Assembly: GCF_009914755.1 (NCBI RefSeq)
Contig: NC_060939.1
Length of the DNA: 64,000 nucleotides
DNA from: the human T2T-CHM13v2.0 reference genome, Homo sapiens
Direction: 5' to 3' (one strand)
The position numbers were made by a program, and so were the translations under genes. Position 1 is the stretch's first letter. Each line of letters begins with the position of its first letter. Below, in pieces: positions 53,301 to 64,000 of the stretch. Under the pieces are notes generated by a model. It ran no database searches. It had not been told where the DNA came from and saw nothing but the letters and a program-made list of their open reading frames with translations.

Positions 53301-55512
53301 AGTTTTTATTTGAAGATGTTTCCTTTTTCACCATAGGCCTGAAAGCGCTCGAAATGTCCACTTCCAGATAGTACAGAAAGAGTGTTTCAAACCTGCTCTA
53401 TGAACGGGAATGTTCAGCTCTGTGAGTTGAATGCAAACATCACAAAGCAGGTTCTGAGAATGCTTCCGTCTAGATTTTAAATGAGGATATTCCCGTTTCC
53501 AACGAAATCCTCGAAGCTATCCAAATATCCACTTGCAGATTCCACAAAAAGAGTGTTTCAAAACTGCTCTGTCAAAAGATAGGTTCAACTCTGTTAGTTG
53601 AGTACACACATGGCAAACAAGATTGCGAGAATGCTTTCGTCTAGTTTTTTTGGGAAGATATTTCCTTCTTCACCATAGGCCTCAAAGCGCTCCAAATATC
53701 CATTTCCACATGCTATACAAAGAGTGTCTCAAACCTGCTGTATGAATGGGAATGTTCAACTCTATGAGTTGAATGCAAACATCACAAAGAAGTTTCTGAG
53801 AATGCTGCTGTCTAGATTTTATATGAAGGTTTTCCCGCTTCCAACGAAATTTTCAATGCTCTCAAAATATCCTCTTGTAGATTCTACAAAAAGAGTGTTT
53901 CCAAACTGCTGTATCAAAACAAAGGTTCATCTCTGTTAGTTGAGGACACACATCACAAATAAGTTTCTGAGAATGCTTCTGTCTAGTTCTTATTTGAAGA
54001 CATTTCCTTTCTCACCTTAGGCCTGAAAGCGCTCGAAATACCCACTTCCAGATACTACAGAAACAGTGATTCAAACCTGCTCTATGAAAGGGAATGTTCA
54101 ACTAGGTGACTTGAATGCAAACATCACAAAGCAGTTTCTGAGAATGCTGCTGTCTACTTTCTATTTGTAATCCCGTTTCCAACGAAATCCTCAGAACTAT
54201 CGAAATTTCCAATTGCAGATTCCACAGAAACAGGGTTTCAAAGCTGCTCTGTAAAAAGAAAGGTTCAACTCTGTTAGTTGAATACACACGTCACAAACAA
54301 GTTTCTGAGAATGCTTCTGTCTAGTTTTTATGGGAAGATATTTCCTTTTTCACCGTAGGCCTCAAAGCGCTCCAAATGTCCACGTCCACATACTAAAAAA
54401 AGAGTGTTTCAAACCTGCTGTATGAAAGGGAATGTTCAACTCTATGAGTTGAATGCAAACATTACAAAGAAGTTTCTGAGAATGCTTCTGTCTAGATTTT
54501 ATATGAAGGTTTTCCCGTTTCCAACGAAATTTTCAATGCTCTCAAAATATCCACTTGTAGATTCTACAAAAAGAGTGTTTCCAAACTGCTGTGTCAAAAG
54601 AAAGGTTCAACTCTGTTAGTTGAGGACACACATCACAAATAAGTTTCTGAGAATGCTTCTGTCTAGTTCTTATTTGAAGACATTTCCTTTCTCACCTTAG
54701 GCCTGAAAACGCTCGAAATATCCACTTCCAGATACGACAGAAACAGTGATTCAAACCTGCTCTATGAAAGGGAATGTTCAACTATGTGACTTGAATGCAA
54801 ACATCACAAAGCAGTTTCTGAGAATGCTGCTGTCTACTTTCTATTTGTAATCCCGTTTCCAACGAAATCCTCAGAACTATCGAAATTTCCAATTGCAGAT
54901 TCCACAAAAAGCGTGTTTCAAAGCTGCTCTGTAAAAAGAAAGGTTCAACTCTGTTAGTTGGATACACACGTCACAAACAAGTTTCTGAGAATGCTTCTGT
55001 CTAGTTTTTATGGGAAGATATTTCCTTTTTCACCGTAGGCCTCAAAGCGCTCCAAATGTCCACTTCCACATACTACAAAAAGAGTGTTTCAAACCTGCTC
55101 TATGATAGGGAATGTTGAAACCTATGAGTTGAATGCAAGCATTACAAAGAGGTTTCTGAGAATGCTTCTGTCTAGATTTTATATGTAGATATTCCCGTTT
55201 CCAACGAAATCTTCAAAGCTATCCAAATATCAACTTGCAGATTCTACAAAAGGAATGTTTCCAAAATGCTGTATCCAAACAAAGGTTCAACTCTGTGAAT
55301 TGAGGGCATACATCACAAAGAAGATTCTGAGAATGCTTCTGTCTAGATTTTATATGAAAATATTCCCGTTTCCAACGAAATCCTCAAAGCTATCCAAATA
55401 TCCACTTGCAAATGCCACAAAAAGAGTGTTTCCAAACTGCTCTGTGAAAAGGAAGGTTCAACTCTGTTAGTTGAGTACACACATCACAAAGAGGTTTCTG
55501 AGAATGCTGCTG
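50399..55512. repeat. Two tandem 15-mer HORs
   Basis: Marker spacing 50141, 52698, 55255. One disrupted CENP-B box at 52294-52310. Confidence 0.95.
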
Positions 55513-57368
55513 ACTAGTTTTTATTTGAAGATATTTCCCTTTTCACCTTAGGCCTAAGAGTGCTCGAAATGTCCATTTCCACATACTCCACAAAGTGTGT
55601 TTCAAACGTGCTGTATGAAAGGGAATGTTCAACTCTATGAGTTGAATGCAAACATCACAAAGAAGATTCTGAGAATGCTTTTGTCTAGATTTTATATGAA
55701 GATATTCCCGTGTCCAACGAAATTTTCAAAGGTCTCCAAATAAAGATTGTTTCCAAACTGCTGTATCAAAACAAAGGTTGAACTCTGTGAGTTGAGGACA
55801 CACATCACAAATAAGTTTCTGAGAATGCTTCTGTCTAGTTTTTATTTGAAGATGTTTCCTTTTTCACCATAGGCCTGAAAGCGCTCGAAATGTCCACTTC
55901 CAGATAGTACAGAAAGAGTGTTTCAAACCTGCTCTATGAACGGGAATGTTCAGCTCTGTGAGTTGAATGCAAACATCACAAAGCAGGTTCTGAGAATGCT
56001 TCCGTCTAGATTTTAAATGAGGATATTCCCGTTTCCAACGAAATCCTCGAAGCTATCCAAATATCCACTTGCAGATTCCACAAAAAGAGTGTTTCAAAAC
56101 TGCTCTGTCAAAAGATAGGTTCAACTCTGTTAGTTGAGTACACACATGGCAAACAAGATTGCGAGAATGCTTTCGTCTAGTTTTTTTGGGAAGATATTTC
56201 CTTCTTCACCATAGGCCTCAAAGCGCTCCAAATATCCATTTCCACATGCTATACAAAGAGTGTCTCAAACCTGCTGTATGAATGGGAATGTTCAACTCTA
56301 TGAGTTGAATGCAAACATCACAAAGAAGTTTCTGAGAATGCTGCTGTCTAGATTTTATATGAAGGTTTTCCCGCTTCCAACGAAATTTTCAATGCTCTCA
56401 AAATATCCTCTTGTAGATTCTACAAAAAGAGTGTTTCCAAACTGCTGTATCAAAACAAAGGTTCATCTCTGTTAGTTGAGGACACACATCACAAATAAGT
56501 TTCTGAGAATGCTTCTGTCTAGTTCTTATTTGAAGACATTTCCTTTCTCACCTTAGGCCTGAAAGCGCTCGAAATACCCACTTCCAGATACTACAGAAAC
56601 AGTGATTCAAACCTGCTCTATGAAAGGGAATGTTCAACTATGTGACTTGAATGCAAACATCACAAAGCAGTTTCTGAGAATGCTGCTGTCTACTTTCTAT
56701 TTGTAATCCCGTTTCCAACGAAATCCTCAGAACTATCGAAATTTCCAATTGCAGATTCCACAGAAACAGGGTTTCAAAGCTGCTCTGTAAAAAGAAAGGT
56801 TCAACTCTGTTAGTTGAATACACACGTCACAAACAAGTTTCTGAGAATGCTTCTGTCTAGTTTTTATGGGAAGATATTTCCTTTTTCACGGTAGGCCTCA
56901 AAGCGCTCCAAATGTCCACTTCCACATACTACAAAAAGAGTGTTTCAAACCTGCTCTATGATAGGGAATGTTGAAACCTATGAGTTGAATGCAAGCATTA
57001 CAAAGAGGTTTCTGAGAATGCTTCTGTCTAGATTTTATATGTAGATATTCCCGTTTCCAACGAAATCCTCAAAGCTATCCAAATATCAACTTGCAGATTC
57101 TACAAAAGGAATGTTTCCAAAATGCTGTATCCAAACAAAGGTTCAACTCTGTGAATTGAGGGCATACATCACAAAGAAGATTCTGAGAATGCTTCTGTCT
57201 AGATTTTATATGAAAATATTCCCGTTTCCAACGAAATCCTCAAAGCTATCCAAATATCCACTTGCAAATGCCACAAAAAGAGTGTTTCCAAACTGCTCTG
57301 TGAAAAGGAAGGTTCAACTCTGTTAGTTGAGTACACACATCACAAAGAGGTTTCTGAGAATGCTGCTG
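55513..57368. repeat. 11-mer HOR with 21-bp deletion, 1856 bp
   Basis: Same deletion junction at 55742/55743. Confidence 0.95.
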
Positions 57369-60300
57369 ACTAGTTTTTATTTGAAGATATTTCCCTTTTC
57401 ACCTTAGGCCTAAGAGTGCTCGAAATGTCCATTTCCACATACTCCACAAAGTGTGTTTCAAACGTGCTGTATGAAAGGGAATGTTCAACTCTATGAGTTG
57501 AATGCAAACATCACAAAGAAGACTCTGAGAATGCTTTTGTCTAGATTTTATATGAAGATATTCCCGTGTCCAACGAAATTTTCAAAGGTCTCCAAATATC
57601 CATTTGTAGATTCTACAAAAAGAGTGTTTCCAAACTGCTGTATCAAAACAAAGGTTGAACTCTGTGAGTTGAGGACACACATCACAAATAAGTTTCTGAG
57701 AATGCTTCTGTCTAGTTTTTATTTGAAGATGTTTCCTTTTTCACCATAGGCCTGAAAGCGCTCGAAATGTCCACTTCCAGATAGTACAGAAAGAGTGTTT
57801 CAAACCTGCTCTATGAACGGGAATGTTCAGCTCTGTGAGTTGAATGCAAACATCACAAAGCAGGTTCTGAGAATGCTTCCGTCTAGATTTTAAATGAGGA
57901 TATTCCCGTTTCCAACGAAATCCTCGAAGCTATCCAAATATCCACTTGCAGATTCCACAAAAAGAGTGTTTCAAAACTGCTCTGTCAAAAGATAGGTTCA
58001 ACTCTGTTAGTTGAGTACACACATGGCAAACAAGATTCCGAGAATGCTTTCGTCTAGTTTTTTTGGGAAGATATTTCCTTCTTCACCATAGGCCTCAAAG
58101 CGCTCCAAATATCCATTTCCACATGCTATACAAAGAGTGTCTCAAACCTGCTGTATGAATGGGAATGTTCAACTCTATGAGTTGAATGCAAACATCACAA
58201 AGAAGTTTCTGAGAATGCTGCTGTCTAGATTTTATATGAAGGTTTTCCCGCTTCCAACGAAATTTTCAATGCTCTCAAAATATCCTCTTGTAGATTCTAC
58301 AAAAAGAGTGTTTCCAAACTGCTGTATCAAAACAAAGGTTCATCTCTGTTAGTTGAGGACACACATCACAAATAAGTTTCTGAGAATGCTTCTGTCTAGT
58401 TCTTATTTGAAGACATTTCCTTTCTCACCTTAGGCCTGAAAGCGCTCGAAATACCCACTTCCAGATACTACAGAAACAGTGATTCAAACCTGCTCTATGA
58501 AAGGGAATGTTCAACTAGGTGACTTGAATGCAAACATCACAAAGCAGTTTCTGAGAATGCTGCTGTCTACTTTCTATTTGTAATCCCGTTTCCAACGAAA
58601 TCCTCAGAACTATCGAAATTTCCAATTGCAGATTCCACAGAAACAGGGTTTCAAAGCTGCTCTGTAAAAAGAAAGGTTCAACTCTGTTAGTTGAATACAC
58701 ACGTCACAAACAAGTTTCTGAGAATGCTTCTGTCTAGTTTTTATGGGAAGATATTTCCTTTTTCACCGTAGGCCTCAAAGCGCTCCAAATGTCCACTTCC
58801 ACATACTACAAAAAGAGTGTTTCAAACCTGCTGTATGAAAGGGAATGTTCAACTCTATGAGTTGAATGCAAACATTACAAAGAAGTTTCTGAGAATGCTT
58901 CTGTCTAGATTTTATATGAAGGTTTTCCCGTTTCCAACGAAATTTTCAATGCTCTCAAAATATCCACTTGTAGATTCTACAAAAAGAGTGTTTCCAAACT
59001 GCTGTGTCAAAAGAAAGGTTCAACTCTGTTAGTTGAGGACACACATCACAAATAAGTTTCTGAGAATGCTTCTGTCTAGTTCTTATTTGAAGACATTTCC
59101 TTTCTCACCTTAGGCTTGAAAACGCTCGAAATATCCACTTCCAGATACGACAGAAACAGTGATTCAAACCTGCTCTATGAAAGGGAATGTTCAACTAGGT
59201 GACTTGAATGCAAACATCACAAAGCAGTTTCTGAGAATGCTGCTGTCTACTTTCTATTTGTAATCCCGTTTCCAACGAAATCCTCAGAACTATCGAAATT
59301 TCCAATTGCAGATTCCACAAAAAGCGTGTTTCAAAGCTGCTCTGTAAAAAGAAAGGTTCAACTCTGTTAGTTGAATACACACGTCACAAACAAGTTTCTG
59401 AGAATGCTTCTGTCTAGTTTTTATGGGAAGATATTTCCTTTTTCACCGTAGGCCTCAAAGCGCTCCAAATGTCCACTTCCACATACTACAAAAAGAGTGT
59501 TTCAAACCTGCTCTATGATAGGGAATGTTGAAACCTATGAGTTGAATGCAAGCATTACAAAGAGGTTTCTGAGAATGCTTCTGTCTAGATTTTATATGTA
59601 GATATTCCCGTTTCCAACGAAATCCTCAAAGCTATCCAAATATCAACTTGCAGATTCTACAAAAGGAATGTTTCCAAAATGCTGTATCCAAACAAAGGTT
59701 CAACTCTGTGAATTGAGGGCATACATCACAAAGAAGATTCTGAGAATGCTTCTGTCTAGATTTTATATGAAAATATTCCCGTTTCCAACGAAATCCTCAA
59801 AGCTATCCAAATATCCACTTGCAAATGCCACAAAAAGAGTGTTTCCAAACTGCTCTGTGAAAATGAAGGTTCAACTCTGTTAGTTGAGTACACACATCAC
59901 AAAGAGGTTTCTGAGAATGCTGCTGACTAGTTTTTATTTGAAGATATTTCCCTTTTCACCTTAGGCCTAAGAGTGCTCGAAATGTCCATTTCCACATACT
60001 CCACAAAGTGTGTTTCAAACGTGCTGTATGAAAGGGAATGTTCAACTCTATGAGTTGAATGCAAACATCACAAAGAAGATTCTGAGAATGCTTTTGTCTA
60101 GATTTTATATGAAGATATTCCCGTGTCCAACGAAATTTTCAAAGGTCTCCAAATATCCATTTGTAGATTCTACAAAAAGAGTGTTTCCAAACTGCTGTAT
60201 CAAAACAAAGGTTGAACTCTGTGAGTTGAGGACACACATCACAAATAAGTTTCTGAGAATGCTTCTGTCTAGTTTTTATTTGAAGATGTTTCCTTTTTCA

Positions 60301-63300
60301 CCATAGGCCTGAAAGCGCTCGAAATGTCCACTTCCAGATAGTACAGAAAGAGTGTTTCAAACCTGCTCTATGAACGGGAATGTTCAGCTCTGTGAGTTGA
60401 ATGCAAACATCACAAAGCAGGTTCTGAGAATGCTTCCGTCTAGATTTTAAATGAGGATATTCCCGTTTCCAACGAAATCCTCGAAGCTATCCAAATATCC
60501 ACTTGCAGATTCCACAAAAAGAGTGTTTCAAAACTGCTCTGTCAAAAGATAGGTTCAACTCTGTTAGTTGAGTACACACATGGCAAACAAGATTGCGAGA
60601 ATGCTTTCGTCTAGTTTTTTTGGGAAGATATTTCCTTCTTCACCATAGGCCTCAAAGCGCTCCAAATATCCATTTCCACATGCTATACAAAGAGTGTCTC
60701 AAACCTGCTGTATGAATGGGAATGTTCAACTCTATGAGTTGAATGCAAACATCACAAAGAAGTTTCTGAGAATGCTGCTGTCTAGATTTTATATGAAGGT
60801 TTTCCCGCTTCCAACGAAATTTTCAATGCTCTCAAAATATCCTCTTGTAGATTCTACAAAAAGAGTGTTTCCAAACTGCTGTATCAAAACAAAGGTTCAT
60901 CTCTGTTAGTTGAGGACACACATCACAAATAAGTTTCTGAGAATGCTTCTGTCTAGTTCTTATTTGAAGACATTTCCTTTCTCACCTTAGGCCTGAAAGC
61001 GCTCGAAATACCCACTTCCAGATACTACAGAAACAGTGATTCAAACCTGCTCTATGAAAGGGAATGTTCAACTAGGTGACTTGAATGCAAACATCACAAA
61101 GCAGTTTCTGAGAATGCTGCTGTCTACTTTCTATTTGTAATCCCGTTTCCAACGAAATCCTCAGAACTATCGAAATTTCCAATTGCAGATTCCACAGAAA
61201 CAGGGTTTCAAAGCTGCTCTGTAAAAAGAAAGGTTCAACTCTGTTAGTTGAATACACACGTCACAAACAAGTTTCTGAGAATGCTTCTGTCTAGTTTTTA
61301 TGGGAAGATATTTCCTTTTTCACCGTAGGCCTCAAAGCGCTCCAAATGTCCACGTCCACATACTACAAAAAGAGTGTTTCAAACCTGCTGTATGAAAGGG
61401 AATGTTCAACTCTATGAGTTGAATGCAAACATTACAAAGAAGTTTCTGAGAATGCTTCTGTCTAGATTTTATATGAAGGTTTTCCCGTTTCCAACGAAAT
61501 TTTCAATGCTCTCAAAATATCCACTTGTAGATTCTACAAAAAGAGTGTTTCCAAACTGCTGTGTCAAAAGAAAGGTTCAACTCTGTTAGTTGAGGACACA
61601 CATCACAAATAAGTTTCTGAGAATGCTTCTGTCTAGTTCTTATTTGAAGACATTTCCTTTCTCACCTTAGGCCTGAAAACGCTCGAAATATCCACTTCCA
61701 GATACGACAGAAACAGTGATTCAAACCTGCTCTATGAAAGGGAATGTTCAACTAGGTGACTTGAATGCAAACATCACAAAGCAGTTTCTGAGAATGCTGC
61801 TGTCTACTTTCTATTTGTAATCCCGTTTCCAACGAAATCCTCAGAACTATCGAAATTTCCAATTGCAGATTCCACAAAAAGCGTGTTTCAAAGCTGCTCT
61901 GTAAAAAGAAAGGTTCAACTCTGTTAGTTGAATACACATGTCACAAACAAGTTTCTGAGAATGCTTCTGTCTAGTTTTTATGGGAAGATATTTCCTTTTT
62001 CACCGTAGGCCTCAAAGCGCTCCAAATGTCCACTTCCACATACTACAAAAAGAGTGTTTCAAACCTGCTCTATGATAGGGAATGTTGAAACCTATGAGTT
62101 GAATGCAAGCATTACAAAGAGGTTTCTGAGAATGCTTCTGTCTAGATTTTATATGTAGATATTCCCGTTTCCAACGAAATCCTCAAAGCTATCCAAATAT
62201 CAACTTGCAGATTCTACAAAAGGAATGTTTCCAAAATGCTGTATCCAAACAAAGGTTCAACTCTGTGAATTGAGGGCATACATCACAAAGAAGATTCTGA
62301 GAATGCTTCTGTCTAGATTTTATATGAAAATATTCCCGTTTCCAACGAAATCCTCAAAGCTATCCAAATATCCACTTGCAAATGCCACAAAAAGAGTGTT
62401 TCCAAACTGCTCTGTGAAAAGGAAGGTTCAACTCTGTTAGTTGAGTACACACATCACAAAGAGGTTTCTGAGAATGCTGCTGACTAGTTTTTATTTGAAG
62501 ATATTTCCCTTTTCACCTTAGGCCTAAGAGTGCTCGAAATGTCCATTTCCACATACTCCACAAAGTGTGTTTCAAACGTGCTGTATGAAAGGGAATGTTC
62601 AACTCTATCAGTTGAATGCAAACATCACAAAGAAGACTCTGAGAATGCTTTTGTCTAGATTTTATATGAAGATATTCCCGTGTCCAACGAAATTTTCAAA
62701 GGTCTCCAAATATCCATTTGTAGATTCTACAAAAAGAGTGTTTCCAAACTGCTGTATCAAAACAAAGGTTGAACTCTGTGAGTTGAGGACACACATCACA
62801 AATAAGTTTCTGAGAATGCTTCTGTCTAGTTTTTATTTGAAGATGTTTCCTTTTTCACCATAGGCCTGAAAGCGCTCGAAATGTCCACTTCCAGATAGTA
62901 CAGAAAGAGTGTTTCAAACCTGCTCTATGAACGGGAATGTTCAGCTCTGTGAGTTGAATGCAAACATCACAAAGCAGGTTCTGAGAATGCTTCCGTCTAG
63001 ATTTTAAATGAGGATATTCCCGTTTCCAACGAAATCCTCGAAGCTATCCAAATATCCACTTGCAGATTCCACAAAAAGAGTGTTTCAAAACTGCTCTGTC
63101 AAAAGATAGGTTCAACTCTGTTAGTTGAGTACACACATGGCAAACAAGATTGCGAGAATGCTTTCGTCTAGTTTTTTTGGGAAGATATTTCCTTCTTCAC
63201 CATAGGCCTCAAAGCGCTCCAAATATCCATTTCCACATGCTATACAAAGAGTGTCTCAAACCTGCTGTATGAATGGGAATGTTCAACTCTATGAGTTGAA

Positions 63301-64000
63301 TGCAAACATCACAAAGAAGTTTCTGAGAATGCTGCTGTCTAGATTTTATATGAAGGTTTTCCCGCTTCCAACGAAATTTTCAATGCTCTCAAAATATCCT
63401 CTTGTAGATTCTACAAAAAGAGTGTTTCCAAACTGCTGTATCAAAACAAAGGTTCATCTCTGTTAGTTGAGGACACACATCACAAATAAGTTTCTGAGAA
63501 TGCTTCTGTCTAGTTCTTATTTGAAGACATTTCCTTTCTCACCTTAGGCCTGAAAGCGCTCGAAATACCCACTTCCAGATACTACAGAAACAGTGATTCA
63601 AACCTGCTCTATGAAAGGGAATGTTCAACTAGGTGACTTGAATGCAAACATCACAAAGCAGTTTCTGAGAATGCTGCTGTCTACTTTCTATTTGTAATCC
63701 CGTTTCCAACGAAATCCTCAGAACTATCGAAATTTCCAATTGCAGATTCCACAGAAACAGGGTTTCAAAGCTGCTCTGTAAAAAGAAAGGTTCAACTCTG
63801 TTAGTTGAATACACACGTCACAAACAAGTTTCTGAGAATGCTTCTGTCTAGTTTTTATGGGAAGATATTTCCTTTTTCACCGTAGGCCTCAAAGCGCTCC
63901 AAATGTCCACGTCCACATACTAAAAAAAGAGTGTTTCAAACCTGCTGTATGAAAGGGAATGTTCAACTCTATGAGTTGAATGCAAACATTACAAAGAAGT
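57369..64000. repeat. Two 15-mer HORs (57369-62482) plus a partial unit
   Basis: Marker spacing 57111, 59668, 62225. The last unit is cut by the window end within monomer k, so it is longer than an 11-mer. Confidence 0.93.

Larger units (their letters stand above)
1..64000. repeat. Centromeric alpha-satellite higher-order repeat array (homogeneous, active-type)
   Basis: Continuous ~171-bp tandem monomers with typical alphoid motifs (CACAAAGAAGTTTCTGAGAATGCTTCTGTCTAG, GTTCAACTCTGTGAGTTGAATGCA). Monomers within a unit are clearly diverged, while corresponding monomers in different units differ by only a few SNVs. Identical ORF translations recur at 1877, 2048 and 2557 bp. Confidence 0.99.
1..64000. 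other. Tentative identity: suprachromosomal family 2 type array, most like human chr15 D15Z3 (S2C15H1L)
   Basis: Alternating A/B monomers, a dominant 2.56-kb 15-mer and an 11-mer variant match my recollection of D15Z3. Not verified by alignment; other SF2 arrays (chr9, chr13/21) are not formally excluded. Confidence 0.6.

Noticed and set aside
136-62482. Order of HOR lengths as a functional code
   Set aside because: The order is explained by nested tandem duplications traced with shared SNVs. Nothing in the sequence supports a function for it.
220-63814. About 130 recurring 61-98 aa ORFs (MFQTCC..., MFPKCC..., MYSTNR...)
   Set aside because: They are chance open frames in alpha-satellite. 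Many start at GTG, none resembles a real domain, and they are lost freely through SNVs and the 21-bp deletion. I used them only as positional markers.
1-64000. CRISPR-like or repeat-spacer array
   Set aside because: There are no unique spacers and no cas genes. The entire monomer is repeated.
1-64000. Transposon insertion, inversion or non-alphoid island
   Set aside because: Every unit length is exactly accounted for by 171-bp and 167-bp monomers plus the 21-bp deletion, and all CENP-B boxes I read are on the same strand.

Overview
The whole 64-kb window is primate, very probably human, centromeric alpha-satellite: about 375 head-to-tail monomers of ~171 bp in one orientation, organised as a homogeneous higher-order repeat (HOR) array with CENP-B boxes in roughly every second monomer. 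I saw no genes, RNA genes, transposon insertions or inversions, and all ORFs are repeat artefacts. A once-per-unit ACTAGT (SpeI) site defines 27 complete HOR units from 136 to 62482, with monomer counts 11,11,12,15,15,15,15,12,15,11,11,12,15,11,15,11d,13,11d,15,15,15,19,15,15,11d,15,15, followed by a partial unit (11d = 11-mer with a 21-bp deletion). I label the 15-mer a-b-c-d-e-f-g-h-i-j-k-h'-i'-j'-k' (j and j' are 167 bp). An 11/15-mer array of alternating A/B monomers fits the chr15 active array D15Z3 (S2C15H1L) from memory; this assignment is unverified. I find no new protein-coding system. The interesting signals concern array evolution: a dyad-symmetry site next to the CENP-B box that is precisely deleted in one lineage and perfected by mutation in another, clustered mutations beside a deletion breakpoint, nested 8.35-kb and 17.9-kb duplications that predict the downstream sequence, and a recurrent CENP-B box knockout.
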